A model generated the notes under the pieces. That model saw only the letters and a program-made list of their open reading frames with translations, was not told the DNA's origin and made no database searches. Below, piece by piece: positions 48,710-58,385 of a DNA stretch of 64,000 nt (position 1 is the first letter of the stretch; every line of letters starts with the position of its first letter). The translations under genes were made by a program, and so were the position numbers. Source of the DNA: Patescibacteria group bacterium (GTDB lineage Bacteria; Patescibacteriota; Patescibacteriia; JAZDEU01); assembly GCA_042568285.1 (NCBI GenBank), contig JBHPIX010000002.1:783-64782 (forward strand), written 5' to 3'.

Positions 48710-48786
48710 GGATTCCCGCCTTCGCGGGAATGACAAAAACGCATTCGTGGGGAATGACAAAGAGGCTTCGCGGGAATGACAAAAAC
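48710..48786. repeat. Three tandem half-elements ending in gggaatgacaaa
   Basis: The sequence is ggattcccgccttcgcgggaatgacaaaaac / gcattcgtggggaatgacaaagag / gcttcgcgggaatgacaaaaac. It generates the artificial MTK...GMTK N-terminus of ORF 48730. Confidence 0.8.
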
Positions 48787-48816
48787 GGGAGGGGAGGGAA
48801 TAATTTCAAATTAGTT

Positions 48817-49350
48817 ATGGTTATAAATATGCTTAAAGAAGAAAACAATTTAGCTTTTGTTGACGGACAGAATTTATATTTAGGGACAACAAAGTCAAAA
48901 AACAGGTGGAAAGTTGATTTAGCTAAGTTTAGAATTTATTTGAATAAAAAATATAAAGTTGATAAAGCTTATTATTTTTTGGGGTGCGTTAATGATAATT
49001 ACCAAGATTTGTATGACGAAATTCAAGAAGCTGGTTTTATTTTGAAATTTAGAGAACATAATACTGTTATGTTGGGGAAGAAAAAAGGCAATGTTGATTC
49101 AGATATTATATTTTTTATTATAGAAAAAATGTATAGAAAAGAAAAATTTGATAAAATTATTTTAGTCTCTGGCGATGGTGATTATAGAAAATTAGTTGAT
49201 TTTTTGATTGAAGAAAATAGGTTTGAGAAAATTCTTTTTCCAAATAAGAAATTCGCGTCTTCCTTGTATAAAAAATTATCAAGCAAATATTATGACCATT
49301 TAGGAAACGAGGAAATAAAAGCGAAAATAAAAAAGGGTCCCCTTAGGTAG
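48817..49350 (+). CDS. NYN/LabA-like (PIN-like) domain protein
   Basis: It has LAFVDGQNLY, GNVDSDIIF and ILVSGDGDY motifs. The start is moved to ATG 48817 because the first 29 codons of the tracked ORF are repeat sequence. Confidence 0.7.
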   Translation: MVINMLKEENNLAFVDGQNLYLGTTKSKNRWKVDLAKFRIYLNKKYKVDKAYYFLGCVNDNYQDLYDEIQEAGFILKFREHNTVMLGKKKGNVDSDIIFFIIEKMYRKEKFDKIILVSGDGDYRKLVDFLIEENRFEKILFPNKKFASSLYKKLSSKYYDHLGNEEIKAKIKKGPLR

Positions 49351-49414
49351 TTAGCCGTTCGGATTCCCTTCGTCTTGATAGTTATATTGTAGCATATTTA
49401 ACATTTATGTCAAG

Positions 49415-49597
49415 GGTGTGGGGGGGGATCCTTGTCAACCCTGTTTCTGCTGGAATACACGAAGGGGGGAACACGAATCTTGAGAGTGGGGACAGTCCGC
49501 CTTTCCGCCTCGGCTCGCTCCGCTTCGGATTGCCTAAGGCGAGACGGGAGCTCAGCGAGACAGGGGCTCGACAGCAAAGTCGAGACAGGGGGTGTGT
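49415..49597. repeat. GC-rich modular repeat cluster
   Basis: It contains acacgaa modules, gtccgcctttccgcctcggctcgctccgcttcggattgcctaaggcgagacgg, and cgagacagg words. The overlapping ORFs 49382-49609 (-) and 49407-49631 (+) are probably artefacts. Confidence 0.8.
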
Positions 49598-49785
49598 AAA
49601 ATTTGGCAAGGAATTTATAAATATGGTATAATAATTGGGGAATGAATTTTAAATTTTAAATTTAAAAAAAATAATCAATAATAAATATCAAATAACCAAA
49701 CGGGAAAATCAAATCCAAATGTCAAAAATGGAAATGGGAATTTAAAATGTTTAAAAGAAATATAAAATTAAAAAATAAAAATAGC

Positions 49786-49815
49786 AAATTAAAAACTGCT
49801 CTGTTAAAAGCAGTT
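49786..49815 (-). terminator. Rho-independent terminator of the tRNA gene
   Basis: On the minus strand the stem is AACTGCT / AGCAGTT (forward 49809-49815 and 49794-49800), followed by TTTAATTT. Confidence 0.6.
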
Positions 49816-49823
49816 CTTAGGTG

Positions 49824-49895
49824 TGGACATGACGGGAATCGAACCCGTACGACTACCTGTCAAGAGCAGCATGCTACCATTAACATTACATGCCC
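49824..49895 (-). tRNA. 72-nt class I tRNA with anticodon UGA in the best fold; acceptor carries G3:U70 and A73; identity uncertain
   Basis: The fold is GGGCATG TA ATGT TAATGGTA GCAT G CTGCT CTTGACA GGTAG TCGT ACGGG TTCGATT CCCGT CATGTCC A. The T-arm is canonical, and U8, G18G19 and U33 are present. Oddities are U14 and C37. No CCA is encoded. Confidence 0.65.
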
Positions 49896-49910
49896 ATGTC
49901 CACAAGATTT

Positions 49911-49939
49911 ATTATAAAGCAAAAAGAACCCTTTTTCAA
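49911..49939 (-). promoter_or_regulatory. Sigma-70-type promoter for the tRNA gene
   Basis: On the minus strand: TTGAAA (forward 49934-49939), a 17-nt spacer, then TATAAT (forward 49911-49916). The -10 box ends 15 nt upstream of the mature 5' end. Confidence 0.55.
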
Positions 49940-50082
49940 GGATCCTTTTTGTTGACAGGTAGTAATGCCTGTAATGTATAGGCATACTGCTCTTAATGTT
50001 TAAAGTATAGCATAAATTAAAAAAATGTCAAGTGTTAAAAAATTTTATGGAATTAGGTAGTTAATTAGAGAGATAAATTATA

Positions 50083-53000
50083 ATGCAAAAAAATATAAAA
50101 AATAAAAATCACAGACCCCCCCCTACCCCCCCCTTAGTAAGGGGGGGAGCGAATAACCTCCCCCCTGCCAAGGGGGGAAGCAGGGGGGTAGAAAAGAGGG
50201 GAATTATATTGTTGTTAACAGCTATTTTTGTTGTGAGTGGAATTTTTGGCGGTCTGCTGAAAACGAAAAAAGTAAATGCGCAAAATTTTATAGATACGGC
50301 TGCTCTGCAACAACGAGAAAGAGACTATCAGACTCACCTTGCAGAGGAAGCAGCAGACAAAGCTAAAGAGTTGAAGTGGAAGGCATTTAAGACGGCGACT
50401 TATAATATAATAGTTAGCATGGCAAATAATTTTACTCAAAGCCTTGCTTATAATTCAGCTGTATTTATAGCAGAAGGCGGGAAAGGCAGACAAGGTTTAG
50501 GTTGGAGTGAAAGTTGGAGTAAATATTTGAACGATGCAAAAGATGCCGCTCTTGGCGACTTTATTGGTTCAATTAGCCAAGTATGGGGAGTAGATTTTTG
50601 CGATCCCGGAGCGCTTGAAAAAATAGATATAACATTTGGGTTAATCGCAAGTATTCAAAAACCGCCTAAACCGAGATGCGATTGGAAAGATATAAAAAAC
50701 AGTTGGGACAAATTAGATGACAATGATTTTACTACAAAATTAGGATTTATGTTTAATCCAAAAGTTAATTATTTAGGAAGCAGTTTTGCTCTTAAGTCAG
50801 AAATGGAGCAGTCAGCAAAAGATAATGAAAACTTAGCTAAAATGGTCAGAGGAATACCAACAGAAACAGGATTTAAAAGTATCAATGATACTGTGTCAGG
50901 GTATATACAAACTCCTGATAGTATAATTAAAGAGATGGCATGGTATCCTGCGGATGAAGCGGCAAGAAATAGGCAAACAGAGGGGATCGGTAACGCTCTT
51001 ATGGCAGATCTTGTTGTCCCAACATTTAAGACATTTTTTAGCACCCTCACTGGAAAGTTAATGGAAAAATGGGCAAACAAAGGAATGTTTCAAAAAAGTT
51101 CTGGAAGCAGATCTATAACTGATCCAGAATCATCTGCCACATTAGTTGCGTCGCAAAATGACACAAAAGCGATGTATGGAGATTTAATGGAATCTGAGTT
51201 TGGAGCTGGAGGTAATTATGATATTTTATCTGATTTTGTTTCTTGCCCTGTTATGCCTCAAAATTTAAAAAATGGACCAACAAATTGTGTTATTGACAAC
51301 GGTTTTAGAATGGCTATTGAAGAAGGATTGACAGTTGGACAGGCTATAAATAATAATTATTTAAAAAAAGATAATATTTTTGGGTTTAAATCTGACGGGC
51401 AAACCCCAGATTATAAAGAAGGATATTCTTTGCGGAATATGATTATTTTAAGGAGCTATCGCATATTGCCAGTTGGCTGGGAAATAGCGACGCAATATAT
51501 TGAAAAATACATTGAAAGTGAAGCATATACTTTAGGCGAAATGGTTGCTTGTTATTCTATTGATGATAATTGGACAGGAGTTGAAGAAAGTTGGTGCAGA
51601 GGTATGGTTGATCCATCATGGGTTTTGAAAGCTCCAGCGAATAATTGTGATAAAATGGCTTATGGCCAAGAAATAATAAGTAAATCTACTAGTAAAGGAA
51701 TAGATATGAATAAAGACGGGAAATATTATAATTTTAATAAAGATAAAGATGATCCGTTAAATGAATTAGATGATAATGACAGTCCGCCAATAATGAACAT
51801 AACCCGCAATGAATTCTGCGCGGAAACTCAAAGTTGTTTAATGGAACGGGATGATGGCAGTTGTTTGAAATGGGGGACTTGTTTGGAGGAAAAGCGGATA
51901 TGGGAATTTGAAGGTGATAAATGCGATGCTATATATAATAGTTGCATGGAATATGAAAGAATCCCCCTCGTCTCGCCTTCGGCAAGCCGAAGCGGACTGA
52001 CCCCCTTTACAAAAGGGGGAACTAACACCACCTCGTCAACACGGGGAGGAATTGCGTATTTGAAAAATAGTTTGGATTATGGGGTTTGCGGAGCGAATAA
52101 TGCTGGATGTTCTTGGTTATGCCAATATTATGATAAAGAAAAAGAAGAATGGACATGTGGAATGGATCCAGCTTCGCCTTTAGCGTTTCCAGAAGGATAT
52201 AGTTTGCCAGCTCCGACGACTGGCGCGTTATTTTTTGATAATTCTGTCCAAGAATGCGAACAAGCGGATGAAGGATGTCATAAATATATTAGATTGACAG
52301 ACGGAGCGAATTTAGTTTTTAATGGCGGATTTGAAAAGGGCGCTGAAACAGCTTTAAATTTAGATGGTCAGCCCGCCAATTCTTCTGTAATAATCAAATT
52401 TAATGATTGGCCTATTGAAAAAAGTTCTGGAGATAATTTTGAAATTGAAAAGATGATTGATAATGAAAAAGGAGGCTGGGTTTATAAAATAACAACAAAT
52501 GGTGGAAATAATGGATTATATTTTTATGATAATTCTAAAAAAGATTTAACATTGATGCCAAGTAATTACAGATTTGATTTGTATAAAAATTACGTGTTTT
52601 CCGTTGATGTAAAAGTGATTTCTGGAAAGGTTGAGATCGGGCTTACAGACGGATCTGCACGGATTGTAAACGGATCTTCACGGATAGGTGAATGGGAAAG
52701 AATAGTTGTTGAATTGCCAAAGGAAGAAATGATTATCAATAAAGCTTTTATACATAGTGTTGGAGGATCGGAATTTTATTTAGATAATGTTCAATTGGAG
52801 GAGGTACAGACGGATTTGCACGGATTGGGAACGGATGGGGACGGATATGCGTATAAGGAGTATGGAGATTATAGCAGAGTAGCTTATATTAAAAAAGCTC
52901 CTGATTATTTAGATTGCGCGAATAATATAAAGTTATTTAAGCAAGGAGTGGAAAATGGGACTCTTACACCAACTGAACTGGAAAATTATGAAAACATTTT

Positions 53001-56000
53001 ATCAGAGTGCTCTAATTACGCTATGGAATGTTCTGAAGAACAGGTCGGTTGCCAAAAATATTCTCCTGTAAATGGAGATCCATGGATACCTGCTATTATT
53101 TCGGAAGAAGATACATGCGATTATGAATGTGTTAATTATAAATCATATAAACAAAGCGCGACTAATTTTTCAACGGCTATAATGAATGTCAATTTTATTG
53201 CAGATAGTCCTTATTTGGGCTCCGCACCACCCCCTAACCCCCTCCTCGGGGAGGAGGGGGGCATCGCGCCACCGCTCGGTGGAGCTGGCTCGGGGGGGAG
53301 GTTATGTCCTGCTTCAACGTCTGGATGTACAGAATTTACTAATTTAGATGAATTAGAACAAGAAGGCGAATCAAAAGAATATTATAGTTTTTTAAAGCGA
53401 TGCGTTAAACCAGATGACGCAGGAGTGTCTTGTGGAACATTTTATACATGGATAGGAAGCGATACAGCCGGGTATCAATTAAAAGAATATTATTTAGAGA
53501 AAGCTGGTGATGGCGTTAGAGAAATAAATAATCCGCAGGATTTTGGAGAATGTAATAATCAGCAGGACGCTATAGATAATTCAGCTAATTGTAAGGAATT
53601 TTATAGTGAAGATGGAACTGTCTATTATGCTATTTATCAAAATACAGTGACTTGTAGCGAAAACTGTCATCCTTATCGTCAAACTAGCGATAGAATAAAT
53701 AAATCAGAATGCGTTTTTTATGGAAGTACATGGAATAATGGACTAGATGTATGTAATTTAGAAAAAGAAAATTGCGATAATAGCGGAGGTATATGGGATA
53801 CTAATGAAAAAGCTTGTATGTATCAAGCAGTTCCAGAAGAGGGGATAGTTTGTTCAGTTGAAAATGTAGGGTGCAGGGAATATAAAGGAACAACTAGCGC
53901 GAATGTTAAAATTATTCTTAGAGATGAGTTTGAAGGCATGGACAGTGATGGATGGGAAAATTCTGAACAAAGCAACAGATCAAGTTATTTTACTGGTCAT
54001 TCAATAACACCTACTGGAGCGAATGACATAATCAAAACCCTGTCTGGCGAATCTAATTTGCAAATCGGCAAAGAATATAAAGTGTCATTTTTGGCTAATT
54101 ATAATTCAAATAACAGCAGGACAGTGAGAATTCAATTAAGGGGAATAAATTTTATTGCTGAAAGAACATTGGAAATAAAAAATAACGAGACTGATGATTG
54201 GAATATATATCAGGCAGGTCCAATGGTTTTAACAGGAGATTTAGATGAAAATGGGGCGCTTGAAGGAAGAGATGCGAATATTATGAATGCTATTATCAGC
54301 AATCCAGCCAGCGCCACTGCCAAGCAGGTGGAACTTGCTGACATAAACGGCGATGGCATAGTGAACATCACAGATCGTGACATTTTTAATAATTATAGAA
54401 ATAACCCGAGCCAAGTTCAAGAAATAGTAATCAAAGACGTCAACAATAATTTATATTTTGATAATATAATTGTTAAGGAAGTTTTAGAAAATAGTTATTT
54501 AATAAAAGATTCTTGGACTGTTCCTGAAAAATGCGATGAACCTATTTCAGGGTTCCAACTGGGATGTGAAGAATACAAAAATATTGCAGGAGATTTTGTT
54601 CAGTTAAAATCTTTCACTGACATCTGTCCATCAGAAGCAGTTGGATGTTCGCGAATGATTGATACTTATAATTCAGATACTGTTTTAAAACAAGTTTTTA
54701 ATGAAAGCGATGAAAGTCAGATAATCGTCCCTGCTGATGAAGTGGTTTATTTTATTGATGATTTCTCAAAAGAATGTCATCTTGAAGATAAAGGGTGCCA
54801 GCGACTTGGCGTTCCTCAGTTTAATAAAGATAGAACAGCATTAGATGTTGATGCAGGCGGATATAGCGGAGATGTTTATCTAATAAATAATCCTGATAAT
54901 TATGGAAGTATATTATGCGAATATGAAGCTGTTAATTGTTCTGAATTTGAAGATAGCGATGGTAATAAAAATTATTTTAAGGATCCTGGGGATAAAGTGT
55001 GCCAATACGCAAATGGTCAATGGTTGAAAAATGGTACAGAAGAAGCATGTCCTACAGAAATAAATTTTGATTTCACTATTGGCGCTAATGGAATAGATGT
55101 TCCTATGCCTACAAACGGATGGGCTGGATTATGCCCTTCTTCTCAAAGTGGATGCTTAGAATATATAGATCCTTTAAGTGATAATAATCCCAACTTAATT
55201 TTAAATGGAGATATTGAACAGGATATTGATAAAAATGGGCGACCTGATGAATGGAATAATTGCTTATCTATTCCTTTTGGGTATGGAGATAGTAAAGCGA
55301 TTAGCTCAAATTGCAATCAAACTATTTTATTTAAAAAACCTGGATTATATACATTATCCGCTTTAGTAAGAGGCGCTGGAATACTTACTATACAGGGATG
55401 TTATACAAGTTCGCCTGATAATAGCATGGTAATAGAGCCAGACGGAGCATTGACTAAAGCAAATTTAATATTTTTTATGGAAGGCGCTAATCCTGATACG
55501 CCGTTAGAGATAAGAAGTGGAAGATTTTATGTTTATGAGCCTGATTTGGAATGTGAATTGATTGCGCGAAGCGATTTAGGAATAGGGGCAGATCCAACTA
55601 TGGATGAAATTAGCATAAGGGAAACAGGAGTTTATTATAATTTAGATGATACAGTTAATGGATGTTCAGAGTATTCTAATTATGAAGGATGCGTTTTGGT
55701 TAATCAAAGAAATTTATTGCAGACTGAATGGAATGAAAATAATGAGATTAAGCCTGTTTATAATGATTTAATATATAGTTCTAATCTAGCTGTTAGCGGA
55801 AAAAATAACATTACATGCGATATACAAAAAAATGAATTAGCAAATTATTGCGATGATAATTATATAGATGGAACACCTGCTTTTGAGAATTGCGCAAAAA
55901 TAATCGCGCAAACTCAAAAAGGTTTTTGCAGCGCGAATAAATTGATTAAAGCAAAACAAGATAGAGTTTGTGATAGGTGGCTATATGATATGACATCTGA

Positions 56001-58368
56001 AAAAATCACAAACACGAAAGGCGAGACTGAGATAAAAGTTTGGAATGTAGGGGAATGCAACGCTCTTGATGAATCAGGTCAATGTATAAGAAAGGTGGAA
56101 AGCCCAAAAGAGAATATTGAATTTTCTTTTGTTAATATTGATTTAATGAATAATATTTCAGGCATGAGTAAAGTTGGATTTCAATGGGATAACAACCATA
56201 AAATAGAAGGCAATTATTCTATAAGCAATATGTCGCAGTTTGGACAGATGATAAATTTTCAAGGAGGATTTGAAATGTCAACACCTGTTGGACAGCCAGT
56301 AGGATGGGAGAGCGAAGCTGAAATAGAGTATGGAGAAGCTTGGAGTCCTATTTATTTTCAAGTTATAAATAATCCAGTTGACTCTCAACTTGAATTAGGA
56401 TTAGACTCAATATCAGCTCCTGAAGGAAAAAATTTCTTAAAGATTAATAGAGATTATAAGGCATTTACTAAATATTTTCCAGCTTATGACAACATGGAAT
56501 ATGTTATAAGCGGATCAATTAATAGTATTAACTCTGGCGCAAATGCTTCTGCTCAAATACAAGTTTTAGTTTATGGACAAAATAAAAATAGATTACAAAT
56601 AAATAATCATGATGGAGAGAGGATTATATTATCGTTAGATGGTGGCAAGCAGTGGACTTTTTTATCAAAAAGATTTACAATTAATAATAGCGAAGCCGCA
56701 TTTTTGAGAATTGAACTGATTAATTATTTAGGTTCTGAAGATGATTCTGCGTATTTTGATGACATTACTATCCTGCCTGCTTTAGAATTAAGAGATAGCG
56801 AGGACATCTCCGCAATGGCTCCGTCAATATGCAAGATATATCCGCAAGAAGATTCTTTAGCTTGCGAGTATGTTGGGGATGAAGGATTATCTTATAGAGG
56901 AGAAAGAGGATATTGTCTTGAATATGACAGAGCGCCTGGAAATCCAGATGTGTGTATAAACTGGTTCCCTACTAATGTCATTAGAGGCGACGAGGAAATT
57001 GAAATGCCATTATTCAATGAAGGAATACCTTTATTTTATTGCGCTGAAGTCCAGCTTTTGGAATATAGGAAGACAACAAATGCTCCGCTATGTGTCAATT
57101 GTAATAACCAATGCCCAGTAGAAGGAGGTTATGTATGTAGTGGCTGTCATGGCGATCATGGAGGTGGCAGGGGCAATGGAAGGTGTATTCCTAGTGGAGA
57201 AATTATAATACAAGATAATGATGGAGACGCTAAGTCTGGCTGGTATGATTATAATGGGACAATTCGCTATGGAGAATATGCTAATGACACGGGAGGTAGA
57301 ACTAGAATATATTCTGAAGAATTGTTAGCGCGATGCGTTAAAATTATACAAGTTGCTAAATTAGGAGGAGAGAACAGGGCTTGGTTTGATAGAATGATTT
57401 CAAATACTGATTATGCGGGAGTTCCTGATTTGATGTATAACGATGAAAATTATAAATATAATAGTTTTAATTCGCCTTATGGCGCGATGATAAGTCCAGA
57501 TGGCGAGATTATTTATAATATTACTGAATTAGAGGGAAATGAAGATACTATAGATGGAAAAGATGCTTTGATGATTTTAAGAACTACTAACGGCGAGTAT
57601 ATTGGAATGCCTGAATGGGGGTTGCCTTATTCTGCCAGTAGCACTCATTTTTCTACCGCGTATTATAACGTTAATGGCGATGATTTACAGTTTATTGAAT
57701 TTGGAGTTCCTGTTCAAAATAGTATAGAGGGAGCTACGGATCGTTTGAAAAATTTATTCGCGGAAAGTTATCTTGCTTGGGAATGGGATGATAGATTAAA
57801 AAAATATCTTGTAGCGCCAGAATTTATATGGGGACCGCCAGAAAATATATGCGCTGGAAACAGAAGAACCGAAGCTATGACAGTAACAGAACAATTTTGC
57901 GGTATTCCTCCTATTATAGATAATATAAAAATTGGCAATTCTTCAGGAGGACAAATAGAAATTGGAAGGAATAGCAGTGTTTTATTGAAATTTACAAGCG
58001 AAATAAATAAAGAACAGACTCCTCTTACCGCTTATTATATTGATTGGAGAGATGGGACAGATAGTATCGCGGAAGAATTAAAGGTTATGGATAAACCGCA
58101 TATTACTAATCCGCATAGTTTTAGTCATTTTTATAGTTATGATGATGTGTATAAAAATAGAAATTTAACAGGAATAAATTGTTATGATTTTGACGATCCT
58201 GAGTGCGCCATTTATGAAAGAGGAGATTGCTGTTTAGTAAAACCGAGAATAAGAATAACCGATAATTGGGATTGGTGCAGTGATGGAATAGACGGATCTC
58301 CTTGTCCTTCTAATAATAAAGCTAATTGGGATGAGTTTGGCGGGTTGATTGTTGTTAGTGAGAGGTAG
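50083..58368 (+). CDS. Giant (2761-aa) Cys-rich secreted or surface protein with CBM-like modules and a dockerin-like EF-hand pair
   Basis: It has an N-terminal TM/signal helix (IILLLTAIFVVSGIFGGLL) and NGGFE...FYLDNVQL / YFDDITILP jelly-roll-like modules. A dockerin-like segment is DLDENGALEGRDANIM...ADINGDGIVNITDRDIF. Three GC-rich repeat modules sit in frame. The start is uncertain (ATG 50083 or TTG 50209). Confidence 0.8.
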   Translation: MQKNIKNKNHRPPPTPPLVRGGANNLPPAKGGSRGVEKRGIILLLTAIFVVSGIFGGLLKTKKVNAQNFIDTAALQQRERDYQTHLAEEAADKAKELKWKAFKTATYNIIVSMANNFTQSLAYNSAVFIAEGGKGRQGLGWSESWSKYLNDAKDAALGDFIGSISQVWGVDFCDPGALEKIDITFGLIASIQKPPKPRCDWKDIKNSWDKLDDNDFTTKLGFMFNPKVNYLGSSFALKSEMEQSAKDNENLAKMVRGIPTETGFKSINDTVSGYIQTPDSIIKEMAWYPADEAARNRQTEGIGNALMADLVVPTFKTFFSTLTGKLMEKWANKGMFQKSSGSRSITDPESSATLVASQNDTKAMYGDLMESEFGAGGNYDILSDFVSCPVMPQNLKNGPTNCVIDNGFRMAIEEGLTVGQAINNNYLKKDNIFGFKSDGQTPDYKEGYSLRNMIILRSYRILPVGWEIATQYIEKYIESEAYTLGEMVACYSIDDNWTGVEESWCRGMVDPSWVLKAPANNCDKMAYGQEIISKSTSKGIDMNKDGKYYNFNKDKDDPLNELDDNDSPPIMNITRNEFCAETQSCLMERDDGSCLKWGTCLEEKRIWEFEGDKCDAIYNSCMEYERIPLVSPSASRSGLTPFTKGGTNTTSSTRGGIAYLKNSLDYGVCGANNAGCSWLCQYYDKEKEEWTCGMDPASPLAFPEGYSLPAPTTGALFFDNSVQECEQADEGCHKYIRLTDGANLVFNGGFEKGAETALNLDGQPANSSVIIKFNDWPIEKSSGDNFEIEKMIDNEKGGWVYKITTNGGNNGLYFYDNSKKDLTLMPSNYRFDLYKNYVFSVDVKVISGKVEIGLTDGSARIVNGSSRIGEWERIVVELPKEEMIINKAFIHSVGGSEFYLDNVQLEEVQTDLHGLGTDGDGYAYKEYGDYSRVAYIKKAPDYLDCANNIKLFKQGVENGTLTPTELENYENILSECSNYAMECSEEQVGCQKYSPVNGDPWIPAIISEEDTCDYECVNYKSYKQSATNFSTAIMNVNFIADSPYLGSAPPPNPLLGEEGGIAPPLGGAGSGGRLCPASTSGCTEFTNLDELEQEGESKEYYSFLKRCVKPDDAGVSCGTFYTWIGSDTAGYQLKEYYLEKAGDGVREINNPQDFGECNNQQDAIDNSANCKEFYSEDGTVYYAIYQNTVTCSENCHPYRQTSDRINKSECVFYGSTWNNGLDVCNLEKENCDNSGGIWDTNEKACMYQAVPEEGIVCSVENVGCREYKGTTSANVKIILRDEFEGMDSDGWENSEQSNRSSYFTGHSITPTGANDIIKTLSGESNLQIGKEYKVSFLANYNSNNSRTVRIQLRGINFIAERTLEIKNNETDDWNIYQAGPMVLTGDLDENGALEGRDANIMNAIISNPASATAKQVELADINGDGIVNITDRDIFNNYRNNPSQVQEIVIKDVNNNLYFDNIIVKEVLENSYLIKDSWTVPEKCDEPISGFQLGCEEYKNIAGDFVQLKSFTDICPSEAVGCSRMIDTYNSDTVLKQVFNESDESQIIVPADEVVYFIDDFSKECHLEDKGCQRLGVPQFNKDRTALDVDAGGYSGDVYLINNPDNYGSILCEYEAVNCSEFEDSDGNKNYFKDPGDKVCQYANGQWLKNGTEEACPTEINFDFTIGANGIDVPMPTNGWAGLCPSSQSGCLEYIDPLSDNNPNLILNGDIEQDIDKNGRPDEWNNCLSIPFGYGDSKAISSNCNQTILFKKPGLYTLSALVRGAGILTIQGCYTSSPDNSMVIEPDGALTKANLIFFMEGANPDTPLEIRSGRFYVYEPDLECELIARSDLGIGADPTMDEISIRETGVYYNLDDTVNGCSEYSNYEGCVLVNQRNLLQTEWNENNEIKPVYNDLIYSSNLAVSGKNNITCDIQKNELANYCDDNYIDGTPAFENCAKIIAQTQKGFCSANKLIKAKQDRVCDRWLYDMTSEKITNTKGETEIKVWNVGECNALDESGQCIRKVESPKENIEFSFVNIDLMNNISGMSKVGFQWDNNHKIEGNYSISNMSQFGQMINFQGGFEMSTPVGQPVGWESEAEIEYGEAWSPIYFQVINNPVDSQLELGLDSISAPEGKNFLKINRDYKAFTKYFPAYDNMEYVISGSINSINSGANASAQIQVLVYGQNKNRLQINNHDGERIILSLDGGKQWTFLSKRFTINNSEAAFLRIELINYLGSEDDSAYFDDITILPALELRDSEDISAMAPSICKIYPQEDSLACEYVGDEGLSYRGERGYCLEYDRAPGNPDVCINWFPTNVIRGDEEIEMPLFNEGIPLFYCAEVQLLEYRKTTNAPLCVNCNNQCPVEGGYVCSGCHGDHGGGRGNGRCIPSGEIIIQDNDGDAKSGWYDYNGTIRYGEYANDTGGRTRIYSEELLARCVKIIQVAKLGGENRAWFDRMISNTDYAGVPDLMYNDENYKYNSFNSPYGAMISPDGEIIYNITELEGNEDTIDGKDALMILRTTNGEYIGMPEWGLPYSASSTHFSTAYYNVNGDDLQFIEFGVPVQNSIEGATDRLKNLFAESYLAWEWDDRLKKYLVAPEFIWGPPENICAGNRRTEAMTVTEQFCGIPPIIDNIKIGNSSGGQIEIGRNSSVLLKFTSEINKEQTPLTAYYIDWRDGTDSIAEELKVMDKPHITNPHSFSHFYSYDDVYKNRNLTGINCYDFDDPECAIYERGDCCLVKPRIRITDNWDWCSDGIDGSPCPSNNKANWDEFGGLIVVSER

Positions 58369-58385
58369 GGACACGAATTATAAAA

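Noticed and set aside
49382-49631. Overlapping ORFs on both strands (75 and 74 aa) between the NYN gene and the tRNA
   Set aside because: Both are composed almost entirely of the GC-rich repeat modules (cgagac/gtctcg, ccgcttcgg words), which are open in several frames. The same applies to ORFs 19257-19448, 19339-19533 and 24189-24377.
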